The notes under the pieces: model-generated | The model's input: the letters and a program-made list of their open reading frames with translations, nothing else | What the model was told of the DNA's origin: nothing | The model's database searches: none | Origin: Eledone cirrhosa | Lineage: Eukaryota | DNA length: 64,000 nt | Direction: 5' to 3' | Assembly (NCBI GenBank): GCA_964016885.1 | Contig: OZ024755.1 | Location: forward strand, 6,758,001 to 6,822,000 | Translations under genes and position numbers: made by a program | In this document: positions 37,551 through 51,548 of the stretch, piece by piece | Layout: each line of letters opens with the position of its first letter | Numbering within the stretch: position 1 is the first letter of the stretch

Positions 37551-39989
37551 GCTCGTCTTAATTTCTCACTAGCAAATAGGCCAGTCTCTATATCGACAGT
37601 CGATCGACTTTCATCAACTCGGACCGAAGAAACAATGTTTCCGTTGGTCTTTCCAATTGCTAATACTGTCTATCGGTCGCAACTCCATGTAGAAGGAACA
37701 ACATGAAATAAAGTGTCTTGCTGAAGGACATAACGCATCGGCCGGTCCGGGAATCGAACTCACAACCTCACGATTGCGAATCCAATTTTCTAACCACTCA
37801 GCCACGCAACTTCACCAGTCTCTATATGACATGGCTAAATATCATGATATTAATTTCACATGGCTAAATAACATTATTATTATCACATGGCTAAATATCA
37901 TGATATATACAATAGCTACTGTTCTTACCAAAAAAGGGACTATCCTTTTAATGCATCTCCTTTTCCCTTGTAGCAGTTGACAATGATGCTGCTATGCCAC
38001 TCATTTGGGTATGATACCATTTTGTATTACATATTTTACAATATGGGTGGTTAAAGTATGATCTACCATCCCAAATGCTTTCAACATCTCGATAATTATC
38101 TTCGAAGGTTCAGCTGATTGCCTCTCTTCATACCTTTAATTGCCTTACTTACTACAGGGTGTTGGACTTACGATCATAATGTCGTGGGTTCGATTCCTGG
38201 GTTTCGTGTTGTGCTCTTGAGCAAAACACTTCATTTCACGTTGCTCCAGTATACTCAGCTGAAAATGAGTAGCAGTAATAGCTGCGGGTTTAACCCTGCG
38301 ATGGATTGGCATATTGTCTAGGGGGTAGTCTAGTACTCTCAGTCACTTCACGCCATGAAACCGGGATAAGTACCAGCCAAATGAGCCTTCTGGCTTAAGA
38401 CAGACTTCAGACTTTTTCTACTACACTGCTGCTGGCTTGTACAATCGGTCCCTTTCATTCCCAATGCAAACTATCTTCCTCCCATACATTAACCTTTTTC
38501 AGTAGTCTTTCAAAGTGGCAATTCCATGCTACTTTCTTTTCAGCATCAGTGAGGGTAAGTACACCAGTTTCATCTCAGACACACTTCACTCCAACAACTG
38601 CTACTTTCTTTTCAGCATCAGTGAAGGTAAGTACACGAGTTTCATCTCAGGCACACTTCACTCCAACAACATCACATAAGAAGAGACAGGTGTCCGAGCA
38701 GTAAAATGGTATAACAGGTGGCATATTAAGTTAATGTTCGATGTACAAGACCACTGTATGGTAGGAACTAAACACAAACTTTGGTCTAAGATGTGTGTAC
38801 GTGTGTGTAGCATCATCATCATCATCTTAAGTATGGGACCAACATTCTATTGTGGGTCTCGCCCAAAGATTGAAATGGGTTTTAGTAACTCGGGGTACAC
38901 TCATGTCTCTGAGAGCAAATTATAAGCCCTATTCCTCACCCCAACCCACGAAACTGAAACCCAGAAGGACACCGTACTTCCATCCACCATATCCATAACT
39001 GGTTTCATTAGGTTTGTAGAGGGTTAATTGGGGTGGTGGCGGTGTGATGAAGTATTTTCTAACCTTGAAAGGTCAGAATAATGGTTCCTAATTTAAGCAC
39101 AAGGCCAACAATTTTGGGGGAGGGGAAAGTCGATTAAATCGACCCCAGTGCATTACTGGTACTTTCTATTATCGGCCTCGTAAGGATGAAAAGCAAAGCT
39201 ATCCTCGGCGGGATTTGAACTCAGAACGCAAAGGGTCGTAACTCTGTGCCAATCCACATGTTTCTTATACAGGTTGTGTTAACACGGGGAAAGAACTTAG
39301 GTGATATAAAAGATACTCACATACATACAGATATACATACCAGCACTCACACACAGAGACATTCATACACACAAACACACCCTCATACACACACGCACCC
39401 CCATACACAAAGACATAAACAAACACACACATAGACAAGTACACACATACACACAAACACATACTCGAAAATACACACACATAGGCAAATACACGCGCCC
39501 ACAAACATACACAAGCAGCTACGCACAATTACAAAGCATACACATACCCACAATCATACACAGACACATACAAACATACACGCACGCACATAAGCACACA
39601 CAAAAAACACACACATACATAGACATAAACACATATACACACACCTAATAAACATACATATGCACACATATAAGCATACACATAAGCAACGACATACACA
39701 CACAAGCACATATATACACACACATAAGCATACACATGTACACACAGAAGCATACACATACACACACATGCATACACAGACACATACATACACTTGTAAG
39801 CATACACACACATAAGCACACACATACATATACATAAGCATACACATACACACATATAAGCATATGCAGTCACATACATAAACACTCACAAACACAGACA
39901 CACAGACACGTGGTCATGGGGTTGTAATGACGGTGGTGCTAATAGGAATGAGCCTAGCTATGGTATATCTGATTAGAATTGAACCTTGA

Positions 39990-40830
39990 CAATATATCTC
40001 CGATAGGTTTGCGGTCGAGCCCTTAGCAGGGAAGACTTCTGGTGTCCTTGGCCCTAGGGCTACCTCCCTACTCACCACCATAGGCACTGAGCTGGCTACC
40101 TGTAGCAGGGGAGACTTCTGGTGTTCTCGGCCCTAGGGCTACCTCCCTACTTACCACCATAGGCGCTGAGCTGGCTACCTGTAGCAGGGGAGACTTCTGG
40201 TGTTCTCGGCCCTAGGGCTACCTCCCTACTTACCACCATAGGCGCTGAGCTGGCTACCTGTAGCAGGGAAGACTTCTGGTGTCCTTGGCCCTAGGGCTAC
40301 CTCCCTACTCACCACCATAGGCACTGTGCTGGCTACCTGTAGCAGGGGAGACTTCTGGTGTCCTTGGCCCTAGGGCTACCTCCCTACTTACCACCATAGG
40401 CGCTGAGCTGGCTACCTGTAGCAGTGGAGACTTCTGGTGTTCTCGGCCCTAGGGCTACCTCCCTACTTACCACCATAGGCGCTGAGCTGGCTACCTGTAG
40501 CAGTGGAAACTTCTGGTGTTCTCGGCCCTAGGGCTACCTCCCTACTCACCACCATAGGCACTGAGCTGGCTACCTGTAGCAGGGGAGACTTCTGGTGTTC
40601 TCGGCCCTAGGGCTACCTCCCTACTTACCACCATAGGCGCTGAGCTGGCTACCTGTAGCAGGGGAGACTTCTGGTGTTCTCAGCCCTAGGGCTACCTCCC
40701 TACTTACCACCATAGGCGCTGAGTTGGCCAGCCACAGGTGTGAGCCTCGCGAGATGGAACGACTCTTCCAACGCATCTCCCTTACCATCCTCCGGGGAAA
40801 CGCCTTCTTCATTCTGTCCGCCGGGGGGCG
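39990..40830 (+). mobile_element. CRE-like RLE C-terminus carrying 9 tandem copies of a 79-bp internal unit (40024-40730)
   Basis: Flanks translate RFAVEPLA..TSGVLGP..TSLLTTIG.ELA ... EPREMERLFQRISLTILRGNA; period 79. Confidence 0.82.
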
Positions 40831-40999
40831 TGGGGCGGCCAGAACGTAGGACCCCATTTGCTCATAATACAGAAGGTTGGAGAGGGCGAGAGAGATGGAG
40901 GCGATGACAGTGGGAGATCGGCTCTTGCGTGTTCGGACACATTCATAAATTCTATGTCGTTGTCTGTTCATCACGTACGTTTACATTACATATATATAT

Positions 41000-41367
41000 A
41001 TATTTCTATTTATTGCCACGAGGGCGCAAAAGAAAGGGACAAATACAAGGGGGGAGTTTACATAAAAAGGCGAGCAAAGAAAACAAATAACATATAAAAT
41101 TGACAATAAAGTCCTCAATAGGGAGGAGGCGTTTTGGGGGGTCGCACACACCCCGCAAAAAAGTGTGCAACCCTTCTCACCAGGAGCACAGAGAGAGGGT
41201 GCTCCCTCGTTCCTTCATCTTTTCCATCTACAGGCTGATGTAGAGAGAAGGCCCATTCACACAGGCCATTCTCGCCACTTTCACCCACCTTTCATAAAAA
41301 CGACTTGGGTGGAGCACCTTTCTCTCCATCCTGATCCTTCTTCCGAAATGATATCGGAAGAAACGGA
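41000..41367 (-). mobile_element. Tx1/L1-type LINE 3' end
   Basis: FRYHFGRRIRMERKVLHPSRFYERW... stop, then a 3'UTR shared with the 49095-50705 copies. Confidence 0.65.
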
Positions 41368-42091
41368 ATATATACAGCTATGGTACGACCACACTTGGAA
41401 TTCGCATCATCAGTCTGGAACCCCTATCTTGCTCAGAACATTGACCTCCTGGAAACTGTTCAGAGACGTGCAACCAAGCGCATACCCTCCATCAGACACC
41501 TACCATACTCTGAACGCCTTGCTTCCCTGGGCATGGATTCATTGAAGCTCCGACGTCTGGCACTGGACTTGGTGAATACCCACAAAGTTTTTAACCATCT
41601 CGCCAATTGCAACCCTGAGCGCCTCTTTGATCTCCATGTGTCTAACACACGTGGACATGCCTACAAGATCAGAAAACAGCACAGCTCCCATGACTTTCGT
41701 AGACATTTTTTCACGCTCAGAGTTGCTGAAGCATGGAACAAACTGCCTGCGTCAGTTGTTAGCTGCCGAGACACTGCATCCTTTAAGACACTCATGCTTC
41801 CCGAAATACGCCAAAACTACACCTGATGTACCCCTTCCATACACATGCACACATGTGTGTATCATGACTCGTGCACTGTTCATTTTACTGATGTTTGTGC
41901 ATTGCCCTATGTACTGTACATGTGACTTTTTTGATGAGTTGTGGTGCACCTGGGCACTGTACACAATATTTCATTATTGTTATTATTATTATATCATGAC
42001 TCATACACTGTTCATTTTCCTGACATTTGTACATTATTCTATGTACTATACATGCACCTTTGATGAGTTGTAGTGCACCTGAGCAATAATT

Positions 42092-42120
<29 letters not shown>
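41368..42120 (+). mobile_element. CR1-clade LINE ORF2 C-terminus plus (partly duplicated) 3'UTR and (ATT)n
   Basis: VRPHLEFASSVWNP, LE.VQRRATK, Y.ERL..L, TRGH..K and FF..RV...WN.LP motifs. Confidence 0.93.
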
Positions 42121-42126
<6 letters not shown>

Positions 42127-42341
42127 GTAAGCTATGAGACTGTTGATTCTTTCAGCCACGTAACAGATCTCTACACTCCGTTGCTGTCTTCTCAGAAATG
42201 CTTCTTCAATCATTCATTTATTTCTAAATTAACTTACAGACATCTTCAGCTGCTCAACTAATTTTCTAATCTTTCATACATTCATACATGTTCCCCGCTC
42301 CTCCACTGTGTGCGTTCATGTGAGTATATTGTAAGTACATA

Positions 42342-42443
<102 letters not shown>

Positions 42444-42565
42444 TTGTGTGTGTGTATGTATTATAATACGCACACGCACACACACACACACACACATATA
42501 TATATTTGTGTGTGTGTGTGTATCTATTATAATACGCACTCACACATAGACACATGAGGGTGTAT

Positions 42566-42602
<37 letters not shown>

Positions 42603-42984
42603 TAGTGTATGTGTGTGTGTGTGTGTTATAATACATATATCTATATATATATACACACTCACACATATGTGTGTGAGTGTGTATATTTAATATTATTCTT
42701 GTTTTACCTTTGCTGTTGTTGTTTTTTTCCTTCTTGTAAATCTATTATTTATCTAACTTAACGATTCTTCTAATGGAGTTGTTACTAGCTATGACAGTTA
42801 ATTTAATTTTCATCGGAAAACTTAGAGCTTTTCTTGTTTTCTTAGCTAACCATTCATGTTGACAGAACTATAGCTCTGGTGTTTAACCTTAGATACATTT
42901 TGTTAATCTTTCAACCGAAAGACGAAACCCATCTTCCTGCTAAAATACTTTTTGGCGATGAATTTTTCAAATGCTTTTCAAATA

Positions 42985-44012
42985 AAAGGCTTCATAACTT
43001 AATACAGTGCTTCATAACTTAACTAGTACAGGGCCTCATAACTTAAATAGTACAGGGCTTCATAACTTAACTAGCACAGGACCTCATAACTTAAATAGTA
43101 CAGGGCTTCATAACTTAATTAGTACAGTGCTTCATAACTTAAATAGTACAGGGCCTCATAACTTAATTAGTACAAGGCTTCATAATTTAAATAATACAGA
43201 GCTTCATAACTTAAATAGTACAGGGCTTCATAACTTAATTAGTACAGGGCCTCGTAACTTAAATAGTACAGGGCTTCATAACTTAACTAGCACAGGGCCT
43301 CATAACTTAATTAGTACAGGGCTTCATAATTTAAATAGTACAGGGCTTCATAACTTAATTAGCACAGAGCTTCATAACTTAACTAGCACAGGGCCTCATA
43401 ACTTAACTACCACAGAGCTTCATGACTTAACTAGCACAGAGCTTCATAACTTAACTAGCACAGGGCCTTGTAACTTAACTAGCACAGGGCCTCATGACTT
43501 AACTAGCACAGAGCTTCATAACTAGCACAGGGCCTCATAACTTAACTAGCACAGAGCCTCATAACTTAACTAGCACAGGACCTCACAACTTAACTAGCAC
43601 AGAGCTTCATAACTTAACTAGCACAGGTCCTCGTAACTTAACTAGCACAGGGCCTCATAACTTAACTAGCACAGAGCTTCATAACTAGCACAGGGCCTCA
43701 TAACTTAACTAGCACAGAGCTTCATAACTTAACTAGCACAGGGCCTCATAACTTAACTAGCACAGAGCTTCATAACTTAATTAGCACAGGGCTTCATAAC
43801 TTAACTAGCACAGGGCCTCATGACTTAACTAGCACAGGGCCTCATAACTTAACTAGCACAGAGCTTCATAACTTAATTAGCACAGGGCTTCATAACTTAA
43901 CTAGCACAGGGCCTCGTAATCTAACTAACACAGGACTTCATAACTTAACTAACACAGGGCTTCACAACTTAAATAGCACAGGACTTCATAACTTAACTAG
44001 CACAGGGCCTCA
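42985..44012. repeat. 24-bp minisatellite (CATAACTTAACTAGCACAGGGCCT)
   Basis: Direct periodicity; the ORF 43007-43525 is its translation. Confidence 0.95.
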
Positions 44013-44899
44013 TTTATCCTAAACCCGGCACTGTGTATGATAAAATTGACGTAGAACCTGTAATGTCGACATGTCACAGATGTTTACCTTTACAAATTGG
44101 TATCATTCTCTAAGTTGTTCAGGTGATATAAGGTAAAGTTGTTAACATTCCAAAACAGCTTATATTTCATTTAATCCGATTGCAAGATATTTAACAGATA
44201 ACCCCTTCCTGCCCTGACCCAGCTCTTCATATTAAGATATAGGCCAGTTCATTGAACAAATGGCTTTAACTGTTTTGATATCAAACTACTCCTGTGTCTA
44301 CGAAAGAAGTGCTTTAAAGTGTTCATATTTATCTAAAGGCGCTGAATTGGTAGAGTCGTTAGAACGTTGGATAGAATGTTTTGCGGTATTCGTTTCGACT
44401 ATCTGCTCTCTGAGTTCAAATCCCACCGAGGTCAACTTTGCCTTTCATCTGTTCGAAGTCGATAAAAAGTACAAGTCAAGTATTGAGGTCAATTCTTCTT
44501 CTATATCTTTTTCTCACTTTCATTCTCTCGCTCTTTCTATCCTTATCTGGAAGAAATCTACTGTATTCAGACCTGGAGAGGAGATGGGCTCCACCAGGTT
44601 TTTTTAAAAATGCCCTAGAAACGCCGTATGTCAATACAGATCCACTACGACTCCCTTGGGAGTTACGGGGTGTAGGAGGATAGATATTTATCTAAACAAC
44701 TTCCGTCACAATGTAAGAACCTTTAAGTTATGCTCCAGATAAATAACGAGACAGTTACATATATTAATAAATCGCCACCTAATTCTTGATTATTTTCAAA
44801 ATTATTCGAAAATCGGAGGTAATGTCTTTCATTAGAAATATAGTAATGGAAGAATTAATAAAATACATAAAATACATCCGCTTCTCAATTGACAACCAC

Positions 44900-46260
44900 G
44901 TCATTTAACGACCAATCACACGAGCGACTATCTTATTTAACGACTGCTTACACGAACGAATGTCTCGTTTAACGACTGTTCACAGTAACGATCTTCTCAT
45001 TTAATGACTGCTCTGACAAATTACCGACTTATTTAACGACCACTCACACATACAAACATCTTATTTAACGACCACTCACACATACAAACATCTTATTTAA
45101 CGACCACTCACACATACAAACATCTTATTTAACGACCACTCACACATACAATCATCTTATTTAAGGTCTACTCACACATACAAACATCTTATTTAAGGTC
45201 CACTCACACATACAATCATCTTATTTAAGGTCCACTCACATACAATCATCTTATTTAAGGTCCACTCACACATACAATCATCTTATTTAAGGTCCACTCA
45301 CATACAAACATCTTATTTAACGACCACTCACAAATACAAACATCTTATTGAAGGTCCACTCACACATACAAACATCTTATTTAACGACCACTCACACATA
45401 CAAACATCTTATTTAAGGTCCACTCACAGATACAAACATCTTATTTAAGGTCCACTCATACATACAATCATCTTATTTAAGGTCCACTCACACATACAAA
45501 CATCTTATTGAAGGTCCACTCACACATACAAACATCTTATTGAAGGTCCACTCACACATACAAAGATCTTAACTACTGACCATTCACACATACAATCATC
45601 TTATTTAAGGTCCACTCACACATACAAACATCTTATTGAAGGTCCACTCACACATACAAACATCTTATTTAAGGTCCACTCACAGATACAAACATCTTAT
45701 TTAAGGTCCACTCACACATACAATCATCTTATTTAAGGTCCACTCACACATACAATCATCTTATTTAAGGTCCACTCACACATACAAACATCTTAACTAC
45801 TGACCATTCACACATACAAACATCTTATTTAAGGTCCACTCACAGATACAAACATCTTATTTAAGGTCCACTCACAGATAGAAACATCTTATTTAAGGTC
45901 CACTCACAGATACAAACATTTTATTTAACGACCACTCACACCTACAAACATCTTAACTACTGACCATTCACAGATACAAACATCTTATTTAAGGTCCACT
46001 CACACATACAATCATCTTATTTAAGGTCCACTCACACCTACAAATATCTTAACTATCGACCATTCACACATACAAACATCCTATTGAAGGTCCACTCACA
46101 GATACAAACGTCTTATTTAAGGTCCACTCACACATACAATCATCTTATTTAAGGTCCACTCACACATACAAACATCTTATTTAACGACCACTCACACATA
46201 CAAACATCTTATTTAACGACCACTCACACATACAAACATCTTATTTAAGGTCCACTTACA
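44900..46260. repeat. 32-bp minisatellite (CATCTTATTTAAGGTCCACTCACACATACAAA) with a degenerate left edge
   Basis: Direct periodicity of 32. Confidence 0.95.
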
Positions 46261-46858
46261 CTAACAACTATTTGCCCTTTGAATTACAAATATCAATTCA
46301 TTTTTTTTTCCCCCCAAGCTGAATGGAAATGTTTTGGTCAAAGACAACACACGCGAGAATCGAACTCACGATCGACGACCTAGTAACCACCAACTTAACC
46401 ACTAGGCCACGCACTTCCACCACATTTACGGAGTAAGAGTAAGTTAGAAATCGTCGGTAGATAACGTGAGGGGAAAGTAGAATAATATGAATATATAGAT
46501 TTAAACAGAGATGAGTGTAAGTTATGAGATAGAACATCTACTGTTACAAAAGGAAATGTAGATAGTAAGGAGATGAGAATATTACACGTAGAAGGGTAAA
46601 TAGTACATGGAAGTCTATACACTCTTTATATAAGATACATCTTCATATGAAATATGAAGCGAAATACATGTAAAAGTTACATTACTTGTCATTGTGAGAA
46701 AGAAACACCTAGCTGATTATATGTATACACCTGGTACAAACACACACATACACATACACACACACACATACTTACTCACACACATATATACATATATATA
46801 TACACCTGTGTGTGTGTGTGTGTATTATATAAATGTATGCATATATACATATATATAT

Positions 46859-46993
<135 letters not shown>

Positions 46994-47032
46994 CATATAT
47001 ATATAAATATATATATATATATACATACATAC

Positions 47033-47085
<53 letters not shown>

Positions 47086-47236
47086 TATATATATACATAC
47101 ATATATATACATATATATATAAATATATATATATATATACATACATACATATATACATATATATACATATATACATATATATACATATATATATACATAT
47201 ATGTATGCATATATGTATACATATATATACATATAT

Positions 47237-47298
<62 letters not shown>

Positions 47299-47376
47299 GT
47301 AAAATTGAGATAGCGGTTTGCGTTCCACTTGTGGTGTGTGTGTGTGTATATATGGTGTGTGTGTGTATATATATAA

Positions 47377-47590
47377 GGCGCGTTGCTGAGATGTTAGAGA
47401 ATTGAATTCGCAATCATGAGGTTGTGAGTTCGATTCCTGGACCGGGTGATGCGTTATGTCCTTGAGCAAGACACTTTATTTCACGTTGCTCCTTCTACCT
47501 GGAGTTGCGACCGATAGATAGTACTGGCAACTGGAAAGACCAACGGAAGCATTGTTTCCTCGGTCCGATTTGACGAAAGTCTATCGATTG
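47377..47590 (+). mobile_element. Second tRNA-derived SINE family (…GAGTTCGATTCCTGGACCGGG…CTTGAGCAAGACACTTTATTTCAC); copies at 37585-37810(-), 57453-57615, 60140-60355(-), 4640-4850(-)
   Basis: A/B-box head and recurring body. Confidence 0.82.
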
Positions 47591-47630
47591 TAAATATGTA
47601 TATATATATACACACACACACACATATATA

Positions 47631-47711
<81 letters not shown>

Positions 47712-47845
47712 ATGTATATATATATATACGTGTGTTGTATTGAAGCGAATGTGTGTACTCTGGGGTGTATCTTACATTGCCCATGGAGTACGCTGAGATA
47801 CAACCGGTACTGGCATTGATAAATATGCTGGGTCCGTCAACTCCT

Positions 47846-47901
<56 letters not shown>

Positions 47902-47905
47902 AAGG

Positions 47906-47946
<41 letters not shown>

Positions 47947-48131
47947 CGAGTAGGACCCCGACGGCTGAGCTCAAGCCGTTTCGACGGCTAATTCCAGTCC
48001 AGAATTAGCCGTCGAAACGGCTTGAGCTCAGCCGTCGGGGTCCTACTCGTTCATATTACCCACTCTACTACCCTAAGTATTGAGTACTGGTGCGTTATGG
48101 TCCATCTGGTTCCTTACCACATTTCCTTCGT

Positions 48132-48254
<123 letters not shown>

Positions 48255-48368
48255 TCTAATAGAAAACAAATATTGTTTTCTATTTGCTTTTAATTTCTCC
48301 ACCCGACATTCAACATCCACCTTGCTCTGTACACAAGTACCTTGTGATATTAACAGTTCCCACCTCTG

Positions 48369-48485
<117 letters not shown>

Positions 48486-48805
48486 TAATATACACCACCC
48501 CTCACATTTTCCTCATTCAGTACTCTCCTGTTCTTTCAGTCCTCGCTTTCGCCTCCTTCCCTTTCTTAAGCTTCATCGCTTTCGCCCCCACTCTCTTTCT
48601 CAACATCCACACACCTACATTGACACACACATTTACAAGTGAGTGTTCGCTTACCTGTCCAACAGGTTTGTCGGCCTCTAGCCTTTCTATTACACCTGTT
48701 GGACAGGTATGTGTCATCGGATGCCGTGTTAGTCTCAGTTAGTTCTGGACCAAACAGCGAGTAAAATACTGTTTATTTCTCGGGACAAATGTGGCCTGTA
48801 AGTTA

Positions 48806-48861
<56 letters not shown>

Positions 48862-48965
48862 CATCTTTCTATCTGTTTGTCTATCTATCTATCTGTCTGT
48901 CTGTCTGCCTGTCTGTATGGCTGTCTGTCTGTCTAGATAGATAGATAGATAGATAGACAGATAGA

Positions 48966-50705
48966 TAGACAGATATATTTCTTTATTTGCCACAAGGGCG
49001 CACAAGAAAAGGGGACTTTGTATTGTCTCCTTTTCTTGTGCGCCCTTGTGGCAAATAAAGAAATATATCTGTCTATTTATCTGTTTATCTATCTGTTGGG
49101 TGAAAGTGGCGAGAATGGCCCGAATGAATGGGCCTTCTCTCTATATCAGCCTGTAGGTTGAGGAAAAGGAGGAGGAGAGGAAAGGAGTACAAACTCTTCG
49201 TACTCCTGGAGATGAGGGTTGCACATTTTTTCGGGGGTATGTGTTACCCATATAAACTGTCTCCCCTATTGGGGAAAATCGACTAACTTTTTAAATTGCA
49301 TTTGTGATAACATTTTACACGTTTTTATTGTATGTAAACTTCCCCCTTTGTATTTGTCCCCTTCTTTTGTGCCCCTGTGGCTAATAAAGAAACATATCTA
49401 TCTGCTTCCCTACCTCTATCTATCAATCTATCCATTCATCTATCAACCGCTTTCTTTCTCACTTTATTTATCTACTGGGTATAAAACAACCCATTTGTAC
49501 CGCCTCCTCCCTATTGGGGATTTTGATTGTTATATTTTCATGTTAAGACATTTTTTATACGACTGTTTGTAAAATCCCCGGCATGTGTCTTTGTATTGTC
49601 CCCTTTTCTTGTGCGCCCTTGTGGCAAATAAAGAAATCTATCCATCTATCTATCTATTTACCGATCTATTTACCTACCTACCTACCTATATCTATTTACC
49701 TACCTATATCTATTTACCTACCTACCTACCGATCTATTTACCTACCTACCTATATCTATTTACCTACCTATATCTATTTACCTACCTACCTACCGATCTA
49801 TTTACCTACCTACCTATATCTATTTACCTACCTATATCTATTTACCTACCTACCTACCGATCTATTTACCTACCTACCTATATCTATTTACCTACCTACC
49901 TACCGATCTATTTACCTACCTACCTACCGATCTATTTACCTACCTACCTACCGATCTATTTACCTACCTACCTACCTACCTATATCTATTTACCTAACTA
50001 CCTACCTATCGATAATCGCCACCCTCCTAATCTCTCCCTGGCGAAATGTTATTTTAAGTGCTAGCATTCCTGCGACAATTAATTTTCTTTATACATGAAA
50101 AAAAACCCATCATGCATGACAGAAAAAGTACATTACTAGAAATCATATACGTTATAAAATAAATGGGGTGGGATTGGGTCTTAATATGTAAACTAAACGA
50201 CTAATTCTGTTGTTTTTTAAATCAACGGAGACAACCTAGAAAAATGACCGATTTTCCACCCGCGCCTCGCTTAGTCCACCCCCTTATTATTTGGGACCCG
50301 AGAGTATCTATCTATCTATCTATATATCTATCTATCAAAGTATCCCTTTAGAGGGAGAATCAGGGTGGAGAGAAAGGCACTGCACCCCAGTAAATTTACT
50401 GAAAGATGGGTGACTGAAACGAAAATGGCCCGAGTGATTGGGCCTTCTCTGTTTATAAGCCTGTAGGTTGAGGAAGAGAGCAAAAGGAAGAAAGGAGCAC
50501 TTGCACAACACGCTCCTGGAGTTGAGGGTTGTTCTATCGACGGGGTATTAAACAACCCATTTGTGGCTCCTCCCCCCTATTGGGGATTTCGATTGTTGTA
50601 ATTTTTGTTTCTATATTTTTTACACGACTGTATGTAAAATCTCCGGCATGTCTTTGTATTGTCCCCTTTTCTTGTGCGCCCTTGTGGCTAATAAAGAAAT
50701 ATATC
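48966..50705 (+). mobile_element. Cluster of truncated Tx1-type LINE 3' ends embedded in TATC/TACC microsatellites
   Basis: Copies at about 48966-49075 (foldback), 49095-49400, 49480-49640 and 50338-50705 (RIRVERKALHPSKFTERW...*), all ending GTGGC(T/A)AATAAAGAAA. Confidence 0.7.
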
Positions 50706-51139
50706 TATCAATCTATCTATGACTATCTATCTATGACTGCCGAGTCTATAGTAAGGATCAAACCGCCACCTTCATTTAAAGGCCATCAATTACCCAGTAC
50801 ACTACTGGTACTTTATTTTATAGACCCCTTAAGGATGAAAGGCAAAGTTAACCTCAGCGGGATTTGAAGTCAGAATGGCAAGGGCCGTAACTCTATGCGT
50901 CAAAGCATGGCGTCCGATCCTCTACCGATACTGCCAATCCACCGCTGCTTAATATGATGAAGTATAGTTACATTCAAACATAAACTTTATTGAACTTAAT
51001 CTATATTTAATGTTCATATACTTTTATTCCATCTTTTACAGAAATGTTCTGTTAAATAAAAGCGAACGGCTTCCAAGGAGAAGACCTCCACGACCACATT
51101 TTACGAAATAAACGTACAAAGCAACAACAAATTTAAACA

Positions 51140-51548
51140 ATGGAGGTGCAATACTATAGCGACATCACCAGAGTATATCATACAGACTATGTCAGAAACT
51201 CCCGAGCTATCGCCGTACTATGGGGTATTTTTACGATATGTTTCACACTGTTAAACATTGTTGTCTTTATTCAACCTCAGTGGTTTGGAGACACTATGGA
51301 CTCCCCTGAAGTTGGTTTCTTTGGGCTGTATGAATACTGCGAAAGGGCTACAGGATCAACTGATTTCCAATGTATCGGAGAGTTTACTAATATGGATTCT
51401 ATATTGAATGCTTCATTCAAAGCGGCTGGATTCTTCATTGGGTTCTCAGCTCTGCTGTTTATCATCTGTGTACTCTGCTTGTTACTCTTCTTCTTCCTCA
51501 ATACTGCAACAGTCCTCAAGATATGTGGCTGGATACAAACACTATCAG
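51140..51548 (+). CDS. LHFPL3/4/5-like (TMHS-like) tetraspan protein, paralog B, coding exon 1
   Basis: YHTDYVRNSRAIAVLWGIFTICF, very close to the vertebrate LHFPL3/4/5 N-terminal motif; acceptor at 51040-51041, donor G|gtgagt; 409 nt, same as paralog A. Confidence 0.95.

Noticed and set aside
43007-43525. 172-aa HNLTSTG repeat protein
   Set aside because: A 24-bp minisatellite that is open by chance and loses frame within the array.
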